This document shows positions 1 through 9,900 of a stretch of DNA of 64,000 nucleotides, piece after piece. The position numbers and the translations under genes are program-made. Within the stretch, counting starts at the first letter, position 1. Each line of letters starts with the position of its first letter. The notes under the pieces were generated by a model that worked only from the letters and a program-made list of their open reading frames with translations, did no database searches and had not been told where the DNA came from. Source of the DNA: a virus; IMG/VR virus record IMGVR_UViG_2974520824_000001, positions 7,539-71,538 of that record; one strand, 5' to 3'.

Positions 1-100
1 ATGACGCAAAGCTGGCAGAACTGATGCCTGCGCTTCGATCGCGACTTTGATTGTGGCGCAAGCATTTTCGCCCCTCGGGACTGAAAGGTAGGAAAACTCA

Positions 101-517
101 GTGTCTCGGTACGACAAGATCAATCCAAAGAACGGAAGCTACCGCGCTTCCCTTGCAGCGGATTTGCCTCCCGCCCTCGTTGAGCACACGGTTGCAGTCG
201 GTCACGACGCAAACGGTCGTCTCGTCGTTGGCGCGGGTCAAACCGGTGTCAAGGCCATCCTCATTCTGACGAAGGCATACAAGGCCGGATACCGTTGCGA
301 TCCAATGGTTTCCGGTGAGGTTGTCGAATTCGGCCCGAATGATGGCACGGCAGAAGCCGGTGTCGATTTCGCAGAGCCGGGTACGAATTACTTCGGCCAT
401 GCCGACGGAACCGTAACTGCGACAAAGGGTGCCGATGGTGTTTACGTCGGCCATACTGTCGACAACGGTCAACGACTCATTGTTCGCGTTCGCGGCGATG
501 AGAGGGAGGTTGCGTAA
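101..517 (+). CDS. hypothetical structural protein immediately upstream of capsid gene (possible head decoration/scaffold-like)
   Basis: GTG start with GAAAGGTAGGAAAA RBS; Gly/Thr-rich 138 aa; position before MCP; no motif recognised. Confidence 0.4.
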   Translation: MSRYDKINPKNGSYRASLAADLPPALVEHTVAVGHDANGRLVVGAGQTGVKAILILTKAYKAGYRCDPMVSGEVVEFGPNDGTAEAGVDFAEPGTNYFGHADGTVTATKGADGVYVGHTVDNGQRLIVRVRGDEREVA

Positions 518-519
518 TC

Positions 520-1812
520 ATGGGTGCGCTTCTTCTCGACAAAAACGTTGCGACAGAAAGGGATTCGGAAATGACGGCACTTCTCGACCGTGCCCGTCCT
601 GGTGGTTTTCATTCCATCGCGCCAAATCGGTTGTGGCTGAACAGCCTTCTGCCGTTTGGTAACGAGGACACCTCAGGCGGTTACGGAACCGAGGGCGACA
701 TTGTTTACACCACCAAGGATGGTGTGGACATCAACAGCCTTTGGGATGAAGCCCAACAGGCGCTTGCGGTTTGGAACCGTGGCCGTTCGCGTTTGGTGGA
801 AATCCTGACGTTCCCGGTTACGAACGAAATCGAAACCGTTCCGCAGGTTGGCGAGGCCGCGTTTGAGGTCGCCACGGAATTCGGTGAGCCGCAAGGTGAG
901 CGGTTGAAGCTTGGCTACTTCCAGCTTGGCTTCGATTTCGAGGACTATGACCGGGCGACTCGTTTCTCGTGGAAGGCGTTGCGCGACATGGATGCTCGCC
1001 AGGTGCGAGCAGTCAACAACGCGCTTCTGCAAGCCGACGAAAAGCTTGTCTTCAAGTTGGTCATGGCATCGGTTTTCGACAACCGCGACCGCGAAACCGA
1101 TATCCGCAATCAGGCGTACAAGGTCTATCCGCTCTACAATGGTGATGGCGTTGCCCCGCCGTCGTATCGCGGAAAGACGTTCACTGGCAGCCACTCTCAC
1201 TACATGGTGAGCGGAAACACGGTCATCGATTCCGGTGACCTTGAGGATGCCTACGAGAACATCGCTGAGCACGGTTACACGATTGAGGCCGGTACTCAAA
1301 TCGTGGTTCTGATGAACCGGAATCAACTTCGCGAGATTCGCAAGTTCCGGATGAATCAGGAGAACAACAACGGCGCGGTCGCGGAATACGACTTCATTCC
1401 GTCGCGCAATCAGCCTGCCCAATTCACTGAGCCCACAGGGCTTTTGGGTTCGCTGCCGCCCGATACCTGGAACGGCCTTCGCGTCTACGGTTCCTACGGC
1501 GACATGCTGTTGGTTGAGGAACCGTTCATGCCGGATGGTTATTTCCTCATGCTCGGTACGGGCGGAATTGGCAACTTGCAGAACCTCGTTGGTCTGCGAG
1601 AGCACGCAAACCCGGTTTACCGTGGTCTGCGAATCATTCCTGGTAACGATCAGCGGTACCCGCTGATTGAGTCCTACTACACCAGGGCATTTGGTACCGG
1701 TATTCGGCAGCGCGCCGGTGCGGTGGTCATGCAGATCAAGCCGGGAACGAATGCGAACTACGAAATCCCGACGCTGTACGACCGCACTGACCCGGGCTTC
1801 ATGCTCTGGTAA
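520..1812 (+). CDS. major capsid protein (putative)
   Basis: 430-aa ORF abutting upstream gene by 3 nt, followed by head-tail connector genes; assignment by size and synteny only. Confidence 0.55.
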   Translation: MGALLLDKNVATERDSEMTALLDRARPGGFHSIAPNRLWLNSLLPFGNEDTSGGYGTEGDIVYTTKDGVDINSLWDEAQQALAVWNRGRSRLVEILTFPVTNEIETVPQVGEAAFEVATEFGEPQGERLKLGYFQLGFDFEDYDRATRFSWKALRDMDARQVRAVNNALLQADEKLVFKLVMASVFDNRDRETDIRNQAYKVYPLYNGDGVAPPSYRGKTFTGSHSHYMVSGNTVIDSGDLEDAYENIAEHGYTIEAGTQIVVLMNRNQLREIRKFRMNQENNNGAVAEYDFIPSRNQPAQFTEPTGLLGSLPPDTWNGLRVYGSYGDMLLVEEPFMPDGYFLMLGTGGIGNLQNLVGLREHANPVYRGLRIIPGNDQRYPLIESYYTRAFGTGIRQRAGAVVMQIKPGTNANYEIPTLYDRTDPGFMLW

Positions 1813-1841
1813 CGAAAACGGTTGAGAGACAGGGGAATCCG

Positions 1842-2378
1842 GTGGCAAAGACAAATAGGGACATTCTAGAGTTTTTGCTCGCCGGTCCCCTGTTCTCAAT
1901 TTTCAAGGTACTCAATCGAATTAGGAGGGACATCGTGGGTCTTCGCGAAACCTTGCAGGGCTACAACGACCGACTCGACCGAATCACCAGCGAGCTTCGC
2001 GACGATTTCCAGCGTCTTCGCGATCAACTGGCGAATGTGTCTGTGCCCGAGGACGTTTCGGACGTTCTCGCTTCGCTGGATTCAAAGATCAGTGCTCTTG
2101 AGGGTCTGGATCAGCCCGATCCCGCAGAGCCGGTCGAAACCACCACTCCCACCGGCGGTGTCGTTCTTCCCCCGACATCGCCGGAACCGGACGAAACGAC
2201 CGCCGCATCGCCGGGTGAGCCTTTCACCACGGATGATTCCGGCAATGTCGTTCCGGTAGAGGATGATTCGGACGAGGAATCGACCGAGCCGGAAAGCTCG
2301 CCGGGTGAGCCTGCCGCAACCGATCCGGTCACCGAGACGGAAACGCCTGCGGCAGAGGATGATTCGGAGACTCAGTAA
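1842..2378 (+). CDS. hypothetical protein, N-terminal coiled coil, acidic Pro/Thr/Glu-rich C-terminal tail
   Basis: ORF with AGGAGGGA RBS region; heptad-like N-terminus (LRDDFQRLRDQL); low-complexity acidic tail. Confidence 0.45.
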   Translation: MAKTNRDILEFLLAGPLFSIFKVLNRIRRDIVGLRETLQGYNDRLDRITSELRDDFQRLRDQLANVSVPEDVSDVLASLDSKISALEGLDQPDPAEPVETTTPTGGVVLPPTSPEPDETTAASPGEPFTTDDSGNVVPVEDDSDEESTEPESSPGEPAATDPVTETETPAAEDDSETQ

Positions 2379-2380
2379 CA

Positions 2381-2692
2381 ATGAGCCGTCGAATCGAAAA
2401 CGATCATCCGTGGACTGACGAGGAAATCCAATACCAATTGGATCGCGGTCGTCAGTATGCGGTCGATCAGAACCGGAAACAGTTCCCTCCCAATGCAACT
2501 CAGGAGAAGGACGCTACGCCGGACGATGAGCAAACGCCCGAAATCGACCAGGAACTTTACCTCAAGGTGAAGAACATGGAAATCGATGATGTGAAGGCCG
2601 AACTCAAGTCCGCTGGCCTCCCGGTAACTGGGGAGCTAAAGGAACTGAAACTTCGTCTGTTCGAGCATCTTTCGGGCCAGAAGTCGGAGTAA
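2381..2692 (+). CDS. hypothetical protein with C-terminal SAP/HeH-like motif
   Basis: VKAELKSAGLPVTGELKELKLRLFEHL resembles SAP/Rho_N HeH consensus; start 3 nt after upstream stop. Confidence 0.5.
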   Translation: MSRRIENDHPWTDEEIQYQLDRGRQYAVDQNRKQFPPNATQEKDATPDDEQTPEIDQELYLKVKNMEIDDVKAELKSAGLPVTGELKELKLRLFEHLSGQKSE

Positions 2693-2698
2693 GAGGAA

Positions 2699-3061
2699 AT
2701 GGCGACGCCTGAGCAAATCGCAATCGTTAATCGGTACCTCCCTACTGCTGCAAAGCAAACGGAGGCCGAGGGCGGTTACGATTGGACCGATGAGTACATT
2801 GAAACCCTCATGGATTCAATGGCTTTCGGTCCTGCTCAGGCTGTTCGCTATTTCTGGTATCAACGCACGCAAGAGACTGCTGAGTATTTGGATGCTGGGC
2901 GACCGCTCTCCCAAATCCACAGGCAGGCAAAGGAAATGCTGGACTATTGGGACGGCATTCTCAAAACGAATCCGAATGGCATGGAACCGCCTGCCAACGT
3001 CGGAAGCGAAAGAGTCCCAATGACTTTCGGCGATATTGAGAGGCCGTGGGATGACACTTAA
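2699..3061 (+). CDS. head-to-tail connector protein (putative, first of four)
   Basis: Small tightly packed ORF between capsid and tail genes; synteny only. Confidence 0.4.
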   Translation: MATPEQIAIVNRYLPTAAKQTEAEGGYDWTDEYIETLMDSMAFGPAQAVRYFWYQRTQETAEYLDAGRPLSQIHRQAKEMLDYWDGILKTNPNGMEPPANVGSERVPMTFGDIERPWDDT

Positions 3062-3467
3062 GCCTGCGATCCTCAATGCGCTGCGAAAAGGAACCGACAC
3101 TGTAATTCGGTTCGACCCAACGGTTTTGGAGCTTCAACCTGCGCCGCTGAAAACGAAAGGCCAGGGCGGGGTAGTAAAGATGGTGCCGCAGGAAAAGCGG
3201 CCTCCCCAAACGTTTTTGGTTCAATCTGTCGGCGCGACTCTTGCTGGCGTTACTGGTACTTCCGGTGGCGCTATCGCAACCGATGGCGCGCAAGGACATT
3301 CGTGGTCATACACAATCACTGGTCGATACGATTGCCAAATGGAAATTGGCGATACGTGGCAGGATGGTGAAACCACTTATCGCATAACGGCTATCAATCC
3401 GACCAACGGATATGAAAGGGTCGGAGTCGTTGAGGCTCTAGGGAAAGACCCGCGATATGGCGTCTAA
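3051..3467 (+). CDS. head-to-tail connector protein (putative)
   Basis: ATG at 3051 preceded by GAGAGG (3038-3043); track ORF starts at TTG 3036 in same frame; overlaps upstream stop. Confidence 0.4.
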   Translation: MTLKPAILNALRKGTDTVIRFDPTVLELQPAPLKTKGQGGVVKMVPQEKRPPQTFLVQSVGATLAGVTGTSGGAIATDGAQGHSWSYTITGRYDCQMEIGDTWQDGETTYRITAINPTNGYERVGVVEALGKDPRYGV

Positions 3468-3837
3468 TCCGAGAGTCCAATTCACTGGCGTTGGCGCACT
3501 TGCCAATTCGATTCAGCAGCATGACTTGAAGGTCAAGCGAGTCATCGCAGGACAATTCCTCTACGCTAAAGATGAGGCCGTTGGCTTCGCTAAGTTGAAC
3601 GCGCCCTGGACAGATCGAACCGGAAACGCTCGCGCTGGAATTCATGGTGATGTGAAGGTCATCAACCAAGGTGAAGCGTTTGAATTGCTTCTGGCACATA
3701 CGGTTTACTACGGCATTTGGCTTGAAGTCCGATTCTCTGGCCGGTACGCAATTCTCATGCCAACGATCAATTACATTGGGGCACTTCTACTTCAACGAAT
3801 CGCTAGTTCGATTCAGAAGATGGAGGCGCTGTCATGA
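3457..3837 (+). CDS. head-to-tail connector protein (putative)
   Basis: 126-aa ORF overlapping neighbours by a few nt; synteny. Confidence 0.4.
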   Translation: MASNPRVQFTGVGALANSIQQHDLKVKRVIAGQFLYAKDEAVGFAKLNAPWTDRTGNARAGIHGDVKVINQGEAFELLLAHTVYYGIWLEVRFSGRYAILMPTINYIGALLLQRIASSIQKMEALS

Positions 3838-4265
3838 GTCGCGCAGCTTTCTACGATGCACTGATTGCCGATCCCGTTCTGAATTCCCTTGGGATAAACG
3901 ACGATACGGTGTGGCACAACTATTCCAGTGAGGAAAGGCCAAGTAACACAACACCTTTCATCATTCTGCGGTGGGGTCCAATTCCCCGCCCACGATGGCA
4001 GAGCGTGAGAAGCCCTGAACAACTTACACTTTGGGTTCATCAGCCTGTCGAAATGGGTAGCGACTTCACCCCGCTTAATGCTATCCTCGACGCGGTAGAC
4101 GATGCGACCAAGCAAATGCACGACTTGCCCGGAATCGATGGATACACACTGGCTTTCGTAGAAATTGGGGATCGATCCGGCGATCTGCTAGACGACGGAT
4201 TTAACACCCTCACGAAAAACGCTGGCTACGAACTACATTCACAAAGGAGTATCCAACATGCCTGA
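3834..4265 (+). CDS. head-to-tail connector / tail terminator protein (putative)
   Basis: 143-aa ORF, ATGA overlap with upstream gene; synteny. Confidence 0.4.
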   Translation: MSRAAFYDALIADPVLNSLGINDDTVWHNYSSEERPSNTTPFIILRWGPIPRPRWQSVRSPEQLTLWVHQPVEMGSDFTPLNAILDAVDDATKQMHDLPGIDGYTLAFVEIGDRSGDLLDDGFNTLTKNAGYELHSQRSIQHA

Positions 4266-4677
4266 CGCGAACGATTTCGCGAATGAGCCTGCGCTGCCGG
4301 GTGATTCGACTCCGCAAGAGGCGACCGCACCGCAAAAGCAAGAGGAACTGACCGACGAGCAAAAGGCTGAAAAGGCTCGTCAAGGTCTGCCGCCGTCTGT
4401 TGAAGTTGTAACTGCCGATGCCCCAATGGAATTGCAGAAGCCGATCAAGGCCGACGAATCCAAGGGTTTCATTCAGTATGTCGGAGTTGCGACCACGCGC
4501 CAAATGACTCCCGCCGACTGGGAGCGTGAGGGCGTTGACGATTTCGACCAGTTCATCGAATGGAACTACCTGAACAAAAAGTGTGTTCCCCGTTCGATTT
4601 TCACGGACAAGGCGCTGCAATACCTGCTTCGTGTCGATGGCCGATTCAAGCTTGTCGACAAGCGTCCTGAAAAGTGA
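4258..4677 (+). CDS. hypothetical protein (acidic N-terminus)
   Basis: 139-aa ORF with AGGAGTA RBS; between connector genes and major tail gene. Confidence 0.4.
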   Translation: MPDANDFANEPALPGDSTPQEATAPQKQEELTDEQKAEKARQGLPPSVEVVTADAPMELQKPIKADESKGFIQYVGVATTRQMTPADWEREGVDDFDQFIEWNYLNKKCVPRSIFTDKALQYLLRVDGRFKLVDKRPEK

Positions 4678-4694
4678 AGTGACACAACAGAATA

Positions 4695-4913
4695 ATGACA
4701 ACTGCGACCACCCAACTCCGATGCAGGAGTAAACTTCACGGAATCATCAAGCATCGCAAAGGAACTCCGGTGCTTGAAGTTCGATGCAAGGATAAGTGGT
4801 GTGCAGAGCGCGGCACCGGAGTTGTTGTGCTGCACTACTTTGATTTGGAGAGCGGGCAGCTCGTTGAAACAAAGAAATACCGTGACCCGGTATCAACGAA
4901 AGGTGAAAAGTAG
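4695..4913 (+). CDS. hypothetical small protein
   Basis: 72-aa ORF filling gap before major tail protein gene. Confidence 0.3.
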   Translation: MTTATTQLRCRSKLHGIIKHRKGTPVLEVRCKDKWCAERGTGVVVLHYFDLESGQLVETKKYRDPVSTKGEK

Positions 4914-5753
4914 ATGACTGCCCCTGTGCCAGTTGCACTTCCGTTCGGTATGCGCGATGTCAAGATTTACCCTTATCTTGACGCGAACGGCACAATCCTG
5001 GCTGAAGAAGGTTACGACCTCCCCAACGCGCAAACGTTCAGCTTCGCAGATTCCGAGGATTTCACGGACCTGCGCGGCGATGACGAACTTGTTGCCACGC
5101 ATGGCAATGGCGCACAAGTGAATTGGACGCTTGAGGCTGGCGGTATCGCGCTTCAAGTTTGGGCCATTTTCACTGGTGGTCAAATCATCGAGACCGGCAC
5201 CGCGCCGAATCGAAAGATCACTCTGCGCAAGCTTTCTGACGACGTTCGACCGTACTTCAAGGTTGTCGGTCAAATCCTGTCGGAGTCGGGCGGCGATGTC
5301 CAAGGCATCGTTTACCGCGCAAAGTGCAACGGCGACATTTCCGGTCAGTTCGGTGATGGTCAGTTCTTCGTGACTTCGGCTGACGGCATTGGTCTTTCGG
5401 TGCCTGGAACCAAGTTGCTGTACGACATCGTTCAGAACGAGACTCGTACTTTCCTGTCCACCACTCCGACCGCGAATCCGATTATGCCCCCGCGCAATAT
5501 CGGTCTTACGGCCATCGGTTCAACAACTGCCGGTGTTCAGTGGGAGCCTGTTTCGGCAGTGACCGGATACAGCTACCGGCTTTCCGACGATGGTGGAGAC
5601 ACCTGGGATGCGCCGGTCGAAAATCCCGACAACACAGTCGATTTGACCGCGCTGACTGCCGACACCGATTACCTGATTCAGGTTCGGTCGAAGGTCGGAA
5701 CCGACTACGGCGCATTCGGTCAACCGATTGCGTTCAGCACCACTCCCGCGTAA
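4914..5753 (+). CDS. major tail protein with C-terminal fibronectin type III / Ig-like domain
   Basis: Position upstream of chaperone and tape measure; C-terminal segment GVQWEPVSAVTGYSYRLSDDGGDTWDAP...YLIQVRS resembles an FN3 repeat. Confidence 0.6.
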   Translation: MTAPVPVALPFGMRDVKIYPYLDANGTILAEEGYDLPNAQTFSFADSEDFTDLRGDDELVATHGNGAQVNWTLEAGGIALQVWAIFTGGQIIETGTAPNRKITLRKLSDDVRPYFKVVGQILSESGGDVQGIVYRAKCNGDISGQFGDGQFFVTSADGIGLSVPGTKLLYDIVQNETRTFLSTTPTANPIMPPRNIGLTAIGSTTAGVQWEPVSAVTGYSYRLSDDGGDTWDAPVENPDNTVDLTALTADTDYLIQVRSKVGTDYGAFGQPIAFSTTPA

Positions 5754-5792
5754 TCCAAACGCAGACAACATAATTCCGGAAAGGAATGTTAA

Positions 5793-6620
5793 ATGTCCTA
5801 CCCTGGCGTTGACCCCGTTGATGAAATTCAGTCGAATCCTGTTGGGACACAGGTGGATTCGTCAACGGGGCATCCCGACCCCGAAAAGCCCAATCCTCTG
5901 ATCGCCCGTTCGATTGTCGAAGATGAAATTGCCGACGCCGAACGTGTCAAAGCCGCGATCAAGGAAAATGAAGTGAGAGAGGCTGCGGCCAAAGCGGTTC
6001 AGGACATGTTTGCCGTCACGTCTTGGCAGCCGTCCAAAACCGTCAAGTTCATGATTCAGTTCCAGAGTGGACAGAATGCTCTCGTAAAGCATTTGAACAC
6101 AATGGATTTGATGCGCGCCAAGCTGATTGAGGACTTGGACTTCTTCACGAAGAAGCTATTCCCTTCGGCCATCGACCAGGCGGGGAATCCTGTTGAGAAA
6201 GAAGAAGATTCGCAGGAGCGTCGCGGAATTTGGGCAGTGCTTGAAGACCCTGAAAAGCGCGCCAAGTTCCTTGACATGACGAACCGTTTGATGGTCGCGG
6301 CGTCGGTCAAGCCAAAGATCGTGAATGATGGTGTGGCACTTCGGGATGACCCTGACAATCCCGGTGAAAAGGTTGACGTGTTCGGTCATGAGATTGAATC
6401 GATTGACGAACAGATCGAATTGTTCGGTAAGCCGGTCCCAGTGCTCAAAGAGGGTGAAGCTTACGCTGGCACAATCGATTTGAACGATCGGATGGTTTTC
6501 TTCCAAGAGCTGAATAAGCCTTTGGAGTTGATCGAACCCTTTCGCGAAGGATCGGATGCTGTGCTGGCAAGTTTGGAACCAGTCCAAAGCTCTCCGGTGC
6601 AGGCCGAGCAGCCTGTATGA
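5793..6620 (+). CDS. tail assembly chaperone (upstream frame)
   Basis: 275-aa ORF directly upstream of tape measure gene; GGAAAGGAATG RBS. Confidence 0.55.
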   Translation: MSYPGVDPVDEIQSNPVGTQVDSSTGHPDPEKPNPLIARSIVEDEIADAERVKAAIKENEVREAAAKAVQDMFAVTSWQPSKTVKFMIQFQSGQNALVKHLNTMDLMRAKLIEDLDFFTKKLFPSAIDQAGNPVEKEEDSQERRGIWAVLEDPEKRAKFLDMTNRLMVAASVKPKIVNDGVALRDDPDNPGEKVDVFGHEIESIDEQIELFGKPVPVLKEGEAYAGTIDLNDRMVFFQELNKPLELIEPFREGSDAVLASLEPVQSSPVQAEQPV

Positions 6621-6915
6621 TATCGAATGGCCTTTGGCCCGTTTCTATTTCGACCGAGGAATCTACTGGTGGGGTAATTTCGTAGAACAACGGATGAATG
6701 AGGTTGAGGCTCAAGTGCGTAAGCAGATGAAAAACCGAAAGGGCACAGAGACTTTCGTTGCTTCGCAGAGGATCGCCACGTTCAACAAACTATTTGGGCT
6801 GTCGGTAGCCGCAGCATATAGGCAACCTGATCTGCCGATGAGCGCAGAAAAGCCGAAAACTCAAGAGCAGAAACAACTTCCGAAGGTTACTAACTTGAGC
6901 GGATTCGGTGGATGA
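6556..6915 (+). CDS. tail assembly chaperone, frameshift extension ORF
   Basis: Overlaps end of 5793-6620 in the +1 frame; ends with ATGA overlap at tape measure start; conserved G/GT-like arrangement. Confidence 0.4.
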   Translation: MLCWQVWNQSKALRCRPSSLYDIEWPLARFYFDRGIYWWGNFVEQRMNEVEAQVRKQMKNRKGTETFVASQRIATFNKLFGLSVAAAYRQPDLPMSAEKPKTQEQKQLPKVTNLSGFGG

Positions 6916-9900
6916 CTGAGCCTTTTGGTGGTGGAGCGGGACCGACCAATCTCGGTACGACTGTTGGTAGAGTTCGTATCGATTATGAGTCGAATTCCGC
7001 TCGCGCCGTTCGTGATGCAGAAAGATTCCAAGATACTCTCGTCGGCGTTGGTGCGTCGGCGCAATCGTCTGCGCGCCAAGTTGGTTCGGCGGTTCAGCAG
7101 ATCAACAACTTTGCGGCCCAAACCGCAAGGGTCAGTTCGCGTATCAAAAACCCGACCGAAGGGTTGGGCAAAGGTGTTGCGGCAGAAGTAAATAAGGCAC
7201 AGGATTCGCTTCGTGCTCTTGAGCGTCAAATTGAGAAGCAGACCGGAAAGGCTGTCAAACTCAAAGGCGCAGTTAACTTTACGCCGACCGATGTCAAGAT
7301 TGACAAGGGCGCGATCACCCAAGCTCTTGATCTGTTCCAGCGCAATTTCAATCAACCGCTGAAACTTAGTGCGTCCGTTCAACTTACGGCCACCGATGTT
7401 CAGATCGACAAGCGCGCAATTGAAACCGCGATTGAAGGTCTGAGTCTTGATCGAATCGTGCTTCGGACTCCGGTTCACATTGAGCCGACCGAAGTGACGG
7501 TGAACCGTGACCGTCTTCAATCAGCGGTCAATTCCGGTGGGCCAGTTAATGTTTCGGGCCAATCCGCTCAACAGCAGGGCGGGGGATCGGGCGCGGGTGC
7601 TGGCGCATTAGCCGGTTCTCTTGCGCGTGGTGGATTGGGGATGGCAGCTAGAGTCGCTGCACCGCTAGCCGCTGCGGGAGCCGTGGGATCGGTTCTGACA
7701 GCAGGTTTTTCGCGACTTGAAGCTATCGACCAAGCTACGACCAAACTTCAAGCTCTCGGTAAGACTGAGCAGGAAATCACCGCGATTTCCAAGACTGCTC
7801 TGAATACGGTGCAGGACACCGCATTTGGACTGGATGAATCATTTAGTGCTGCAACGAATGCCATTTCGTCTGGCATTCAACCGGGCCAGCAATTGAATGA
7901 TTACATGTCCGCGTTGGCTTCGACTGCGGCACTTGCCAATACGTCGATGACTGACCTTGGTGACGCTTTCTCAACTGCTGCGGTTCAAGGCAAGTTGACC
8001 GGCGATGTCATGGACATGCTGTATTCGCGTCAAGTTCCTGTATTGCAGTTGCTCGCAGACGAATACGACACGACCCAACAGCACGCGCAGGAAATGGTGT
8101 CGAACGGCGAAGTGTCGTTTGATCGCTTCATCCATGCGATGAACCAAAACGCTGATGCCGCAAAGATTATGGGCAACACGGTTCAGGGTTCATTCCAAAA
8201 CCTGTTGGCCTCTGTAAAGCGAATTGGCGCAGGCTTTTTGGCTCCGCTTTTCCAGCGTGACGCTAGCGGCGCATCGACGCTTTCCAACATAATTCAAGGA
8301 CTTACGAACCGCCTCAAGGCATTTGAGGGGTTCATGACCGAACACAAAGACACGATTGTCGATGTGTACCGAGTTGCCGGGAAAGCCGTTCTGCTGTGGG
8401 CAGATACGGTGATGACCGCTATCGGTTGGGTTTTGGAGGGCATTGGCAAACTCATTGAGGGAATCGGCCATGTCCCAAGTGCTTTCGCGGGAATCGCTGA
8501 TTTCTTTGGTGCTCACGGAGTAGCCGACAACCTTCGTCGCTATTCCGACAACATGACCAATTGGGGCACAGCAACTTTCGAGGCTGGCCAAAAGGTCTTC
8601 ACTTTCCAAGGCACCTTGGATCAAGCCTATGCCGCACTTGAGCATTGGTCGGATGAAGCCAAAAAGGGCAAGACTTCTACGGGCGAACTTGGTGACAGTG
8701 CGGAAAAGGCTGCACCGCAAGCCATTTCGCTCAAGGATGCTCTTGAAGCTCTCAAGATTCAGGCTGACCAAGCCGAAGATGCCATCAAGGGTTCAAACGA
8801 GCAATTTGAAAAGTTCATCGATCAGGTCAAGGAAAAGGGTGGGACACAAGACCTTATCGATACGCTGACGAAGATTCGGCAAGGCTACGAAAATGGTGGC
8901 CGTGCCGTCGATGAGTTCGCGGAAGCGATTGAGAACTTTGGCGACAAAACGATTGACGCCGACTCTCGCGCAAAGGAATTCATTCGGACCCTGCAAAACT
9001 TGGGTCAGGTGCCGAACGATGATGCGCTCATCCGGTACAACCAGACCGTTGAAGATGCCATCGGCTATCAGTCGAATCTTGTTGACTACCTTGACACTAC
9101 GGGCGATGCGCTCGTCAAAAACGGTGGGCAGCTTGACCTTAACTCAAAGAATGCGCGCACGCTTTCGACTGAGATTTCAAAGCTGGTGCAGGAGAGCACT
9201 TCTCTAGTCGCTAGCGGTCAAGCTTCGCCGGATGAAGCTTACGAACATACGAGCCAAGTTCTTCGGCAGTTGCTCCAAAACTTTGGCATCATGGGCCAGT
9301 CTGCGGATTCGGTCATCGAAAAGTATTTCCCGCGTGATGCATTCCAAAATGCTTTGAAGCAAACCGATCCCAAGGGTGCGCTTGAGCAAATCTTTGCCGA
9401 CGATCCGGCAGAGCTTGAGTCAAAGCTCAAGCTACTCACCACAACTCAAGACATCTTGGGTCAAATCGTTGGCGCGGACGGCCAGCTTCACGTTCCGACC
9501 GTTTTGGACGTGGACAAGTCCCAATTGCCCACGAACACACCGCCTCCCGCACCGCCTGCGCCTCCCCCGCCGACTGCTCCGTCTCCGAATGGACGTGGCC
9601 CGAGCGGAATTCCGTTGCCGCCCCAGGGTTCTCATCCAAAACAGGGCGCATCGCCGTTCGTCGGTCCTGTGGCACCGGGCGATCCGAACTTCTATCAAAT
9701 GCCGGATGGCAAGGTCTATCGCAAATCCGACATTCAGGAACCGCTCACCAATCCGAATCCGATTCCTGGTGCGCCAACTCCGCTGCCCAACAACACAATT
9801 CAGCCCACCGATTTGGGTGGTCTGTTGGGTGCGCCCGGTTCTAACTATGAACTGAGCGATGCGCAGCGAAAGTCTTTCTTGGACTTGGCAAATAACAAGG

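Noticed and set aside
673-1899. 408-aa minus-strand ORF opposite the capsid gene (and similar minus ORFs at 8190-8771, 9432-10064, 13740-14444, 24952-25719, 32118-32720, 40288-40893)
   Set aside because: They lie entirely within better-supported + strand genes (capsid, tape measure, minor tail, helicase). They lack RBSs and are typical shadow ORFs of GC-moderate coding sequence.
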